Shown here in pieces: positions 1 through 8,264 of a DNA stretch of 64,000 nt. The stretch lies in assembly GCA_963702475.1 (NCBI GenBank), contig CAVPCT010000005.1, forward strand, positions 992,001-1,056,000, in the 5' to 3' direction. The notes under the pieces were generated by a model. It was not told the origin of the DNA and ran no database searches. It worked only from the letters and a program-made list of their open reading frames with translations. A program made the translations under genes and the position numbers. Source of the DNA: an uncultured Thermoleophilia bacterium (lineage in GTDB: Bacteria; Actinomycetota; Thermoleophilia; UBA2241). The first letter of the stretch is position 1, and each line of letters starts with the position of its first letter.

Positions 1-653
1 TACCGTACTTCCTCCTCGTCGTGGACTACCCGAGCGTTGTCGACCCCGCCGAGAAGGTCGCGCTGCTCGTGAGCAACATCGACAGCATGCGCGTCATGTA
101 TCTGATCACCTACGTGATCTTCGGCATCGTGCTTGGCGTTCTGGCGCTGGCGGTCTACCAGCGCCTCAAGGACGGGGCGCCGATCGTGGCCCAGGTGGCC
201 ACCGTCGTGGGCCTCATCTGGGCGTTCGCGCTTGTCGCGAGCGGGCTGGTCTTCATCGCCGGCATGGAGACGGTCGCAGGACTCACCGGCTCGGACCCGG
301 CCCAGGCGGTAACGGTCTGGCAGGCGGTGGAGCCCGTGGCCCAGGGACTCGGCGGAGCCGGCGGAGAGCTCCTGGGCGGTCTGTGGGTCCTCCTCGTGAG
401 CGTCGCGGCACTGCGCACCAGGGCGCTGCCCCGGTCGCTCGGCTGGCTCGGCGTGGCGATCGGCGCGGCGGGACTGCTCTCGGTCGTGCCCGCGCTCAAC
501 GAGCTGGCCTACGGATTCGGCCTGCTGCAGATCGTGTGGTTCGTGGGGCTGGGCGTCGTCATGCTGCGTGCCACGTCGCGCGTGAGCGAAGCCGACGCGC
601 CGAGCTCAGTCGCACTCCCCGTCCGCCTCGCGCCACAACGCGACGTCTCGTGA
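1..653 (+). CDS. DUF4386-like polytopic membrane protein (5' end outside window)
   Basis: Frame is open from the window edge; several hydrophobic segments; GGGxE(L)LGGLWVLLVS...ALPRSLGWLG pattern typical of this family. Confidence 0.65.
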   Translation, partial: PYFLLVVDYPSVVDPAEKVALLVSNIDSMRVMYLITYVIFGIVLGVLALAVYQRLKDGAPIVAQVATVVGLIWAFALVASGLVFIAGMETVAGLTGSDPAQAVTVWQAVEPVAQGLGGAGGELLGGLWVLLVSVAALRTRALPRSLGWLGVAIGAAGLLSVVPALNELAYGFGLLQIVWFVGLGVVMLRATSRVSEADAPSSVALPVRLAPQRDVS

Positions 654-744
654 CGGCATGCCCGCGCTGCCCCATCCATCGGGTTCGCCGCAGGATCCTC
701 AGGGGACACTCCGGTATCCCCGAGAACAGTAGGAGTCGATCGCC

Positions 745-1212
745 ATGCCCGCCGTCGAGCACTCCGTCAGCGTCGATGTCACCGTCACCGCAGCATACGA
801 CCAGTGGACCCGCTTCGAGAGCTACCCCGTGTGGATGGAGGGGGTCGCGTCGATCGAACAGGTCGGCGACGGCCGCCTGCACTGGGTCGCCAAGGTCCGG
901 CGCGAGTTCGCCTCGTTCGAAGGCGAGACCCGCGAGTGGGATGCTCGGGTCGTCGAGAAGACCCGCGACCGGCGCATCTCGTGGGAGAGCATCGCGGAGG
1001 GGCCCGGTGAGAAGCCCAGCGCCGGAGCAGTGACGTTCGAGCCCATCGGCCGTGCGTCGTGCCGCGTCACCTTCCGCATCGATTGGCAGCCGCAGGAGGC
1101 CGTCGAGACGACGAGCGAGGTGCTCGCCGCCATGGACCGCGTGCTCGCGGCGGACCTCGCCCGCTTCAAGGACTACATGGAGACGCGCGGCGAGCCGAGC
1201 ACCGAGGAGTGA
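745..1212 (+). CDS. SRPBCC / polyketide cyclase-dehydrase family protein
   Basis: AGGAG RBS before ATG; AYDQWTRFESYPVWMEGV...LHWVAK...REWDARVVE...RISWES, C-terminal DLARFK. Confidence 0.9.
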   Translation: MPAVEHSVSVDVTVTAAYDQWTRFESYPVWMEGVASIEQVGDGRLHWVAKVRREFASFEGETREWDARVVEKTRDRRISWESIAEGPGEKPSAGAVTFEPIGRASCRVTFRIDWQPQEAVETTSEVLAAMDRVLAADLARFKDYMETRGEPSTEE

Positions 1213-1304
1213 GCTCCCGCAGACGATCGGCCCGGAGGACGACCGCCCGAGCGCCGCGTCGCGGCGGGCAGGGGCCGGCGAGCCGGCCCCTGCCCGCCGC
1301 CCGG

Positions 1305-1628
1305 TCAAACCTTCGGGTTCGGCGTCTTGACGACGAGGAAGCGCACGCGCCCGCCGCTGTCGTTGCGGATCGCGTGCACGTGGCCGGCCGCGCTGGGCAC
1401 GAGCGTCCCGGTCCCGACCGTCAGCGTCTCACCGGCGACCTCGATGCTCGGCGCGCCCTCGACCACGTAGAAGAAGACGTCCACGGGCGCCTTGTGCGGC
1501 TTCACCACCTCGCCCGGCTCAAGCGTGATCTGCGAGACCATCACGTGCGGGTTCCAGTACAGGTGCCGCACATCCACGCCGTGTGGGTTGTCGGCCACGG
1601 GAGTCTGGTCGGCGGTGATGGTCAGCAT
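1305..1628 (-). CDS. Cupin domain protein (~107 aa)
   Basis: C-terminal part of ORF 1305..2093: LEPGEVVKPHKAPVDVFFYVVEG...GHVHAIRN; GGAGA RBS upstream of ATG at 1628. Confidence 0.85.
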   Translation of the reverse strand: MLTITADQTPVADNPHGVDVRHLYWNPHVMVSQITLEPGEVVKPHKAPVDVFFYVVEGAPSIEVAGETLTVGTGTLVPSAAGHVHAIRNDSGGRVRFLVVKTPNPKV

Positions 1629-1645
1629 GCGGTCTCCGTTCGTGG

Positions 1646-1673
1646 GAGCGGCCCGCCACGAGGCGGGCCGCTC
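1646..1673. other. Perfect 12-bp stem-loop in the cupin leader
   Basis: GAGCGGCCCGCC-ACGA-GGCGGGCCGCTC. Confidence 0.55.
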
Positions 1674-1722
1674 GAAAGCAGGGTCTGACCCCATGAGTAC
1701 CCCGGCCGGGGCAGCGGAACGC

Positions 1723-1736
1723 TTGACAGTCGTCAA
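1723..1736. promoter_or_regulatory. Putative Crp/Fnr-family operator
   Basis: Palindrome TTGAC-AGTC-GTCAA (Fnr consensus TTGAT-N4-ATCAA) about 100 bp upstream of the cupin start. Confidence 0.45.
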
Positions 1737-1804
1737 CCCGTCCCAAGCCCGCCGGCTGCCGGACGGCCCGCGCGGCGCGCGGCGGCGACGCGCACGCGCC
1801 GCGC

Positions 1805-2251
1805 TCACGCCCTCTCGATCACCGCCGTCACGTCGAACTCCACGAGGAACTCGGGACGGGCCAGGATCGCCGGCTGCACGTAGGTGCTGGCCGGCGGCTC
1901 CTTCACCAGGCGCGGCGCGTACTGCTGGTAGTACTCCAGCTCCGCCGCGCGCATCTGCTGGTAGTACTCGAGGTCCTTGAGCAGGATCAGCGTCTTCACG
2001 ATGTTCTCCAGGGAGCTGCCCATCTCCTCGAGCACGGCGCGCACCTTGTCGAGGCAGGCGAAGACCTGGTCGTGCACGCCCACCGTGAGGCACGAGCCGT
2101 CCTCGGTGCTCTGCGGCGTCATCCCCGAGAGGAACGCGAGGTTGCCCACCACGATGCCCGCGGCGTACTTCGGCGTGCCGGGGTGCACGTTGGGGTAGGT
2201 CTGCTCGACACCGCCGATCCTGAAGGGGTAGTACTTCACTTCCTCGCTCAC
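1805..2251 (-). CDS. Rid (RidA/YjgF/UK114) family protein
   Basis: VVGNLAFLSG, SSLENIVKT, PPASTYVQ...LARPEFLVEFDVTAV; GTG start at 2251. Confidence 0.85.
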   Translation of the reverse strand: MSEEVKYYPFRIGGVEQTYPNVHPGTPKYAAGIVVGNLAFLSGMTPQSTEDGSCLTVGVHDQVFACLDKVRAVLEEMGSSLENIVKTLILLKDLEYYQQMRAAELEYYQQYAPRLVKEPPASTYVQPAILARPEFLVEFDVTAVIERA

Positions 2252-2268
2252 TGCCGTCTCCCGTTCGT

Positions 2269-2754
2269 TCAGCCCGCCGCCGGCGAGCGCTTGCCGCCGA
2301 GCGACTCCAGGTGGATGCGCACCACCGCCGTGCCCTTGACGTCGGCGTCGCCGAACTCCCAGTCGTCGCGCCCCGAGTACCTGCGCATGATGGCCCGCAG
2401 GCCGCGCAGTTTGGCGGCCGGGTCCTCGACGATCTCCGCCGTGCCGTAGCCGATCACCGACTCGTACTCCGTGGTCCAGTCGGCGCAGGCGCGCGGGCCG
2501 GTGCGGAGCCCCAGGGAGCGGTCGACCTCGACGCACACCGTCGGATCGGCGCGCAGGCACTCGAGCTTGCGCCCCGCCTTGGCGGCGTGGAACCACAGGT
2601 CGTCGCCCTCGCGGGCGAAGTTGAGCGGCACCACGTAGGGCCTGCCGCCGTCGAGCATGCCGAGGCGCATGACCGTCGCCTCGTCGAGGATACGGTCCAG
2701 CTCCTCGCGGTCGACGATCTCCTTCTCGGACCTGCGCATGCGCCGGACTGCCAT
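2269..2754 (-). CDS. Pyridoxamine 5'-phosphate oxidase-like / NimA-like flavin-binding protein
   Basis: MRRSEKEI...PYVVPLNF...LWFHAAKAGRKL...VCVEVD...YESVIGYG; GGGGAGG RBS. Confidence 0.9.
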   Translation of the reverse strand: MAVRRMRRSEKEIVDREELDRILDEATVMRLGMLDGGRPYVVPLNFAREGDDLWFHAAKAGRKLECLRADPTVCVEVDRSLGLRTGPRACADWTTEYESVIGYGTAEIVEDPAAKLRGLRAIMRRYSGRDDWEFGDADVKGTAVVRIHLESLGGKRSPAAG

Positions 2755-3030
2755 GGGCGTGCCCTCCCCGCTCGAGTGAAGTGTCTGGTGTTCGCGGCAC
2801 CGCGCCGCGACCGCGACCCATCGTACCGCACCGTGCGGGGCGGCCACGGCGCGCCTCGCCATCGGCGGGCCCAGACCGGCCGAGCGGGACGGCGAGCTCG
2901 TCGAAGCGGTGTGGCCCGACCGGCTTCCCGCGGGCCCGGGCACGTGTACCCGGGCACGCGACCTCCCCTCAAGGGGCAGACGGATGTTCCCCCTTGGGAG
3001 TTCCGCCCTACGTGCCGACTACATTCCACG

Positions 3031-5388
3031 ATGGAAACGCGCGTCATCACCGAAGGAGCGTCCGGGCACGAGGACGAGGTCGCCTCGCGGCCACGGCACG
3101 CCCGGTCCTGGCCGACCTTCGCCTTCCTGACCGGGGGCACGGCCGCGCTGGTCGCCGCGGTCACGGTGGCGTCCGGAGCGTACGAGCCGTACGTCGTGCT
3201 CGCCATCGGCGTGGCGACCTTCCTCGCCCTCGTCGTGTCGGTGCTCGTGCGCCGCCCGTCGCGCGTCTGGCCGTGGGTGTGCATCGCCACAGCCTTCATG
3301 CTCTTCATCGCCGGGGGGGTCGCGCGCAGCTCACTGGACACGCTGGGGGACCTCACGGCGAGCCGCTCGATCCTGCCCGACCTGCTGGTCCTGCCCGGCT
3401 ACGCCCTGTTGTGCGCCGGCTTGCTCGGCTTCTGGCGTCGCGGCGCCACAGGCTCCGTGCGCCGCTCGAGCGTGTTCCTCGACGGCGTCATCGCGGCGCT
3501 GGCGCTCGCGGCGATCGACTGGGTGTTCGTCGTGGAGGGCCTTCTGGCCCAGAACGACGTGCCGCTGTCGGTCAAGCTCGTGCTCATCGCCTATCCGTCG
3601 ATGTCGGTCTTCATGCTCGTGGTCACGCTGCGCATCGCCTTGAACCCCGAACGCACCCCGGTGCCCTCCTTCTGGCTGCTGCTCGTCGGCATGGCGCTCC
3701 TGTTCGCCGGCGACGTCGTCTACACGGTCGCCGATCTCGCCGTCGCGCTGGTGCCGGCGCTCGTGCTCGACCTGCCGTACGCCTTCGCGTACCTGTGCGC
3801 GGGCGCCTGTGCGATCCACCCCTCCATGCGCGCGCTCACCGAGCCCGGGACCGCCCAGCGCATGAAGGAGTCCAGAGCACACATCGCCGTCGTGGCGGTG
3901 GCCCTGCTCATCCCCGCGCTCCTCACCCTTTTCGAGAACGGCGAGGCCGCCGCCGACCGCGTCGTGCTCGGGGTCCTGATGCTCCTCATGACCGCGGCGG
4001 CCGTGGTGCGTATCGTGCAGGCGCTCAACACGGCCGAACGCTCGGAGGCGCGACTCGTGTATCAGGCGCACCACGACAGCCTGACGGGGCTTCCCAACCG
4101 CCGGATGATGGAGGAGCACCTCTCGGTGCTGCTCCGGAATGGGCGCGCCGACCACTCCCAGGTCGCGCTGCTGTACCTCGACCTGGACCGCTTCAAGCTC
4201 ATCAACGACACGCTGGGCCACTCGCAGGGCGACAAGCTGCTGGTGGAGGTGTCCGACCGCCTTCGCTCGCACGTGAGACCATCGGACCTGGTCACCCGCA
4301 TCGGCGGCGACGAGTTCATGATCCTGCTCGACCACGTCGTGAGCGTGTCGCAGGCCGTCGACCTCGCCAACCGCCTGCGCGCCAGCCTCACGGCGCCGTT
4401 CGTCGTGAACGACATGACGTTCTACCTCTCCGCGAGCATCGGCCTGGCGTTCGCCTCCGGAGACCACCCGTACGCCACGGCCGAGGCGCTCGTGCGCGAC
4501 GCCGACACGGCCATGTACCAGGCCAAGGACGCCGGCCGCGACGCCGTGGCCGTGTTCGACCAATCCATGCGCACCCGGGTCGAGGAGCGCGTGGAACTGG
4601 AGCGCGACCTGCACTTCGCCATCTCCATGGACCAGCTCCACCTCGTGTACCAGCCCATCGTGCGCCTGCCACAGGGCACGGTGGTGGGCATGGAGGCCCT
4701 GGTGCGGTGGACGCACCCCACACACGGCGTCATCGCCCCCGTGAAGTTCATCCCCCTCGCCGAGGAGTCCGGACTCATCTCCGACATCGGCGACTGGGCG
4801 CTGGACGAGGCGGTCAGCCAGTTCGCCACCTGGCGACGCCACGACCCAGCGCTGTCGGACCTCTACGTGTCCGTGAACCTCTCGGGCGCCCAGCTGCACG
4901 ACGACCACATGGCGGACCGCGTCGCCGACGTGCTGGCCGTGCACGGGCTCGACGGCTCGCGTCTGTGCCTCGAGCTGACCGAGTCGGTCGTGATGGAGGA
5001 CCCCGAGGCGGCCGCGGCGACGCTGTCCGACCTCCGCGGCCTGGGCGTGCAGGTGGCGATCGATGACTTCGGCTCTGAGTACTCCTCGCTGGCCTACCTC
5101 AAACGCTTCCCCGTCTCCACGCTCAAGATCGACAAGTCGTTCGTGGACAGCCTGGCGCGCGAGGACAGCCCGGACGCCACGCTCATCGCCACGATCGTGG
5201 CCATGGCGCAGGCGCTCGGGATCGCCACTGTGGCCGAGGGCGTGGAGACGCGGCTGCAGGCCGACCAGCTCATCAAGCTGGGGTGCGACTCGGCACAAGG
5301 GTTCCTGTACTCGCGCCCGGTCGGCTCCGACCGTCTCATGGAGGTCGTCACCTCGCTGGGGACCCAGCGGCTGCGGCTCGTGCAGTGA
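3031..5388 (+). CDS. Membrane-bound diguanylate cyclase/phosphodiesterase (multi-TM sensor + GGDEF + EAL)
   Basis: About 9-10 TM segments, HDSLTGLPNR, DLDRFKLINDTLGH, RIGGDEF, GMEALVRW, DDFGSEYSSL, AEGVET, QGFLYSRP. Confidence 0.95.
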   Translation: METRVITEGASGHEDEVASRPRHARSWPTFAFLTGGTAALVAAVTVASGAYEPYVVLAIGVATFLALVVSVLVRRPSRVWPWVCIATAFMLFIAGGVARSSLDTLGDLTASRSILPDLLVLPGYALLCAGLLGFWRRGATGSVRRSSVFLDGVIAALALAAIDWVFVVEGLLAQNDVPLSVKLVLIAYPSMSVFMLVVTLRIALNPERTPVPSFWLLLVGMALLFAGDVVYTVADLAVALVPALVLDLPYAFAYLCAGACAIHPSMRALTEPGTAQRMKESRAHIAVVAVALLIPALLTLFENGEAAADRVVLGVLMLLMTAAAVVRIVQALNTAERSEARLVYQAHHDSLTGLPNRRMMEEHLSVLLRNGRADHSQVALLYLDLDRFKLINDTLGHSQGDKLLVEVSDRLRSHVRPSDLVTRIGGDEFMILLDHVVSVSQAVDLANRLRASLTAPFVVNDMTFYLSASIGLAFASGDHPYATAEALVRDADTAMYQAKDAGRDAVAVFDQSMRTRVEERVELERDLHFAISMDQLHLVYQPIVRLPQGTVVGMEALVRWTHPTHGVIAPVKFIPLAEESGLISDIGDWALDEAVSQFATWRRHDPALSDLYVSVNLSGAQLHDDHMADRVADVLAVHGLDGSRLCLELTESVVMEDPEAAAATLSDLRGLGVQVAIDDFGSEYSSLAYLKRFPVSTLKIDKSFVDSLAREDSPDATLIATIVAMAQALGIATVAEGVETRLQADQLIKLGCDSAQGFLYSRPVGSDRLMEVVTSLGTQRLRLVQ

Positions 5389-5407
5389 CGGCGGCGGGAG
5401 GGCGACC

Positions 5408-6199
5408 TCAGCCCGCCGCCGCAGAGCCCCTCGCGACGTCGAGGCCGTCCACCGCTCCGAGATCGATCCTGCGCACGGCCGCCTCGAGACCCTCGCCGCG
5501 CACCAGGATCTCGTGCAGCTCGGGAGCCTCGGCCGCCAGGCGCCGCTCGGCCTCGAGCACGTCGCACCACGCCGCGATGGCGGCGTCGGACCCGAGGTAC
5601 CTGACCGGCGCGAGGCCCTCGTACCCCGCGAAGATCAGGCGCAGCTTCCAGCGCACCAGGCGGAACACCGGCAGGTCGAACACAGCCACGAACCACTCCA
5701 CTCCGCAGTGCAGCGCCGCCAGGGTGAGGCACTGGTAGAGGGCCATGCTGACCAGGCCCTTCGCCGCCTTGCCCCGGTAGCCCTCGGCGATCGCCATGGT
5801 CGCGACGTCCCACGTCCTCGCCACGTCGAGGCCCATGCCGGTGCGGGCGATCGCCGCCTCGGGCGGCTCCCCCCACATCCGCTGGATGTCGTTGAGACTC
5901 TTGAGGCCGTGGGGCGACGGCACGATGACGCGCATCATGCCGGCGGGCACGTGCCGCAGCTGGTCGATGACGCAGAAGTAGAAGCTCGAGGCCTCGTACC
6001 GGCGGAACTCGTCCTCCTGCACCTGCGGCGACTCGTCGTACGCCTCCCAGAACACCTGCGTCTCGAGCGTGCGCGCGAGGCCGGCCCCGAGCTCGTCGGG
6101 GCCGAACACGTAGGCCCCGAACGGCTCGCGCGCGCCGGGCGCCGCCACCTCGGCGGCGAGGGCGCGCATCTCGGCATCGGTGTACAGGCGGAGCGTCAC
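5408..6199 (-). CDS. GNAT-fold protein resembling LuxI/FeeM-type acyl-amide synthases
   Basis: LETQVFWEAY...EFRRYE...FCVID...AGMMRVIVP...TWDVATMAIAEGYRG...WFVAVFD; GTG start at 6199 is in frame. Confidence 0.55.
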   Translation of the reverse strand: MTLRLYTDAEMRALAAEVAAPGAREPFGAYVFGPDELGAGLARTLETQVFWEAYDESPQVQEDEFRRYEASSFYFCVIDQLRHVPAGMMRVIVPSPHGLKSLNDIQRMWGEPPEAAIARTGMGLDVARTWDVATMAIAEGYRGKAAKGLVSMALYQCLTLAALHCGVEWFVAVFDLPVFRLVRWKLRLIFAGYEGLAPVRYLGSDAAIAAWCDVLEAERRLAAEAPELHEILVRGEGLEAAVRRIDLGAVDGLDVARGSAAAG

Positions 6200-6365
6200 G
6201 CTCGGGCCTGGTAAAGGCGGGACCAAAGTGGCACGGCCGCCATAGATTCGCCGCCGCCCGCGCGGCCTCCTGCCGGTGTCGCCTTGTCCCGGCGGGCCTC
6301 GTATCGGTCCCGTACTAGTGCGATACGGCACCCACCTCAAGCGCCGGCTGTCGTACCATGCACTC

Positions 6366-7670
6366 ATGAACGCGCAGCCCGTGCCCGCCTTCCACCTCAT
6401 GGCCAAGCCCACCGGGGCACGCTGCAACCTGCGCTGCGACTACTGCTTCTTCCTGGAGAAGGAGGGTCTGTACCCCGGCAGCGACTTCCGCATGAGCGAC
6501 GAGGTCATGGAGGCCTGCATCGGCCAGACGGCCCACGGCCAGAGGGTGCCGCAGGTCACCCTGGCCTGGCAGGGCGGCGAGCCGACGCTCATGGGGCTCG
6601 ACTTCTTCCGGCGGGCAAGGGACGCGGAGGCGCGCCTCGTGCCCGCCGGCATGACCGTCGAGCGCACCTTGCAGACCAACGGCGTCCTCCTCGACGACGA
6701 GTGGGCCGCCTTCCTCGCCGAGAACCACTACCTCGTCGGCCTCAGCCTCGACGGCCCGCGGGAGGTGCACGATGCCTACCGGCACGACGCCGGCGGCCAC
6801 CCGGTCTTCGACCGCGTCCTGGCCGCCGCCCGCCTCCTCCAGAAGCACGGCGTGGAGTTCAACGTGCTGTGCACCGTGAATGCGGCCAACGCCGGCCGGC
6901 CGCTCGAGGTCTACCGCTTCTTCCGCGACGAGCTCGGCGCGCGCTTCATCCAGCTGATCCCCATCGTCGAGGTCGAGGAGCCGCCGTCGTGGGCGGGCGC
7001 CTGGGGCCACGGCGCTCAGTATCCCGCTCCGACCTCCGGCACGGTCAGCGCGCGCAGCGTGCAGCCGCAGGCCTACGGACAGTTCCTCACGGCCGTGTTC
7101 GACGAGTGGGTGCGCCGCGACGTCGGCGAGGTGTTCGTGCAGTTCTTCGACGGCGTGCTTGCCGCCTACGTGCGCGGCTTCTCCAGCCTGTGCGTGCTGC
7201 AGCCGACCTGCGGGGAAGGGGTCGCCCTCGAGCACACCGGCGACCTCTACTCGTGCGACCACTTCGTCGACCCCCGCTATCTGCTGGGCAACATCCTGGA
7301 GGCGCCGGTCGGCGAGCTGGTGCGCTCCGAGCGACAGCTCGCCTTCGGGCGGGCCAAGCAGGAGACGCTGCCCGCCTTCTGCCGCGCCTGCGCCTACCTG
7401 TTCGCCTGCCACGGCGAGTGCCCCAAGAACCGCCTCCTGGTGACGCCCGACGGCGAGCCCGGGCTGAACTGGCTGTGCGCGGGACTGAAGGAGTTCTTCG
7501 CCCACACCGAGCGGCGTATGCGCCTCATGGCCGCGATCCTGGAGCGCGGCGGCGAGGCGCCGGAGGTCATGGAGATCCTCGCCGAAGAGGCGCGCACGAC
7601 CGGCCGCAACGACCCGTGCCCCTGCGGCAGCGGCAAGAAGTACAAGCGCTGCTGCGGCGCGGGGGCCTGA
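6366..7670 (+). CDS. Anaerobic sulfatase maturase (radical SAM/SPASM) with C-terminal SEC-C motif
   Basis: CNLRCDYC, WQGGEPTL, YSCDHFV, CRACAYLFACHGECPKNR, GRNDPCPCGSGKKYKRCC. Confidence 0.95.
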   Translation: MNAQPVPAFHLMAKPTGARCNLRCDYCFFLEKEGLYPGSDFRMSDEVMEACIGQTAHGQRVPQVTLAWQGGEPTLMGLDFFRRARDAEARLVPAGMTVERTLQTNGVLLDDEWAAFLAENHYLVGLSLDGPREVHDAYRHDAGGHPVFDRVLAAARLLQKHGVEFNVLCTVNAANAGRPLEVYRFFRDELGARFIQLIPIVEVEEPPSWAGAWGHGAQYPAPTSGTVSARSVQPQAYGQFLTAVFDEWVRRDVGEVFVQFFDGVLAAYVRGFSSLCVLQPTCGEGVALEHTGDLYSCDHFVDPRYLLGNILEAPVGELVRSERQLAFGRAKQETLPAFCRACAYLFACHGECPKNRLLVTPDGEPGLNWLCAGLKEFFAHTERRMRLMAAILERGGEAPEVMEILAEEARTTGRNDPCPCGSGKKYKRCCGAGA

Positions 7671-7831
7671 CGCGACCGTCCGGCGCCGCGACCCCCGCGT
7701 CTTCTCAGGCCCGCACGCGATCCGCCAGGTATGCGGCCGACCTGCGGCCTACGCGAGCGGCACGCAGGCGCCGGGCTCCCCGGCGCGCCCCGCGCGGGTC
7801 CGGAGTGGCGCGGCGCCGCCGTGCTCGGCCC

Positions 7832-7907
7832 GTACGCACCGGGGGCCGGGCTGCGCTGCAGCCCGGCCCCCGGTGCGTACCCGCAACGGCCCGCCGCAGG
7901 CGGGCCG
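7832..7907. terminator. Two strong hairpins between convergent genes (probable bidirectional terminator)
   Basis: 23-bp perfect inverted repeat GTACGCACCGGGGGCCGGGCTGC-GCT-GCAGCCCGGCCCCCGGTGCGTAC (7832-7880), then CGGCCCGCC-GCA-GGCGGGCCG. Confidence 0.65.
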
Positions 7908-7917
7908 CACGCGTGTC

Positions 7918-8067
7918 TTACTTGCTCTTGCCGATCTTGAACATCTTCGTGCCGCACTCGGGGCAGACGCCCTGGGTGGCGGGCTTGCCGTTCTTCATCG
8001 TGACGGCCTGTTCATCCTTCATCGTGCGCTTGGTGCGGCACTTGACGCAGTAAGCCTCGGTCGCCAT
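7918..8067 (-). CDS. Small basic zinc-ribbon protein (DUF5679 type, 49 aa)
   Basis: MATEAYCVKCRTKRTMKDEQAVTMKNGKPATQGVCPECGTKMFKIGKSK; AAAGGAG RBS. Confidence 0.9.
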   Translation of the reverse strand: MATEAYCVKCRTKRTMKDEQAVTMKNGKPATQGVCPECGTKMFKIGKSK

Positions 8068-8264
8068 TCCGTCTCCTTTCGGGACCTGGGACAGGTCCCA
8101 TCTTGGCCCCCCAAATGTCCCGGGCAGCATACGCCCTGACATGAGCGCGCGCAACGAGCCTGCGAAGGGGATGTTCAGCTTCAGCCCTCACCCTCAACTG
8201 GAGGTCCAGTGTACGCACGGTCGGCAACCTGTCGCGCGGCGAGTCGGACCGCCCGCGCCGCGCG

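Noticed and set aside
1305-2943. Long ORFs 1305..2093, 1805..2821 and the N-terminal extension of 2311..5388
   Set aside because: GC-rich open frames overlapping real genes; only the cupin, Rid, PNPOx-like and GGDEF-EAL (from 3031) segments carry family motifs.
6366-8067. Radical SAM/SPASM plus Cys-rich peptide as a RiPP (ranthipeptide) cluster
   Set aside because: The genes are convergent and separated by terminators, the enzyme has canonical anSME motifs without an evident RRE, and the small protein has a zinc-ribbon CxxC/CxxC pattern.
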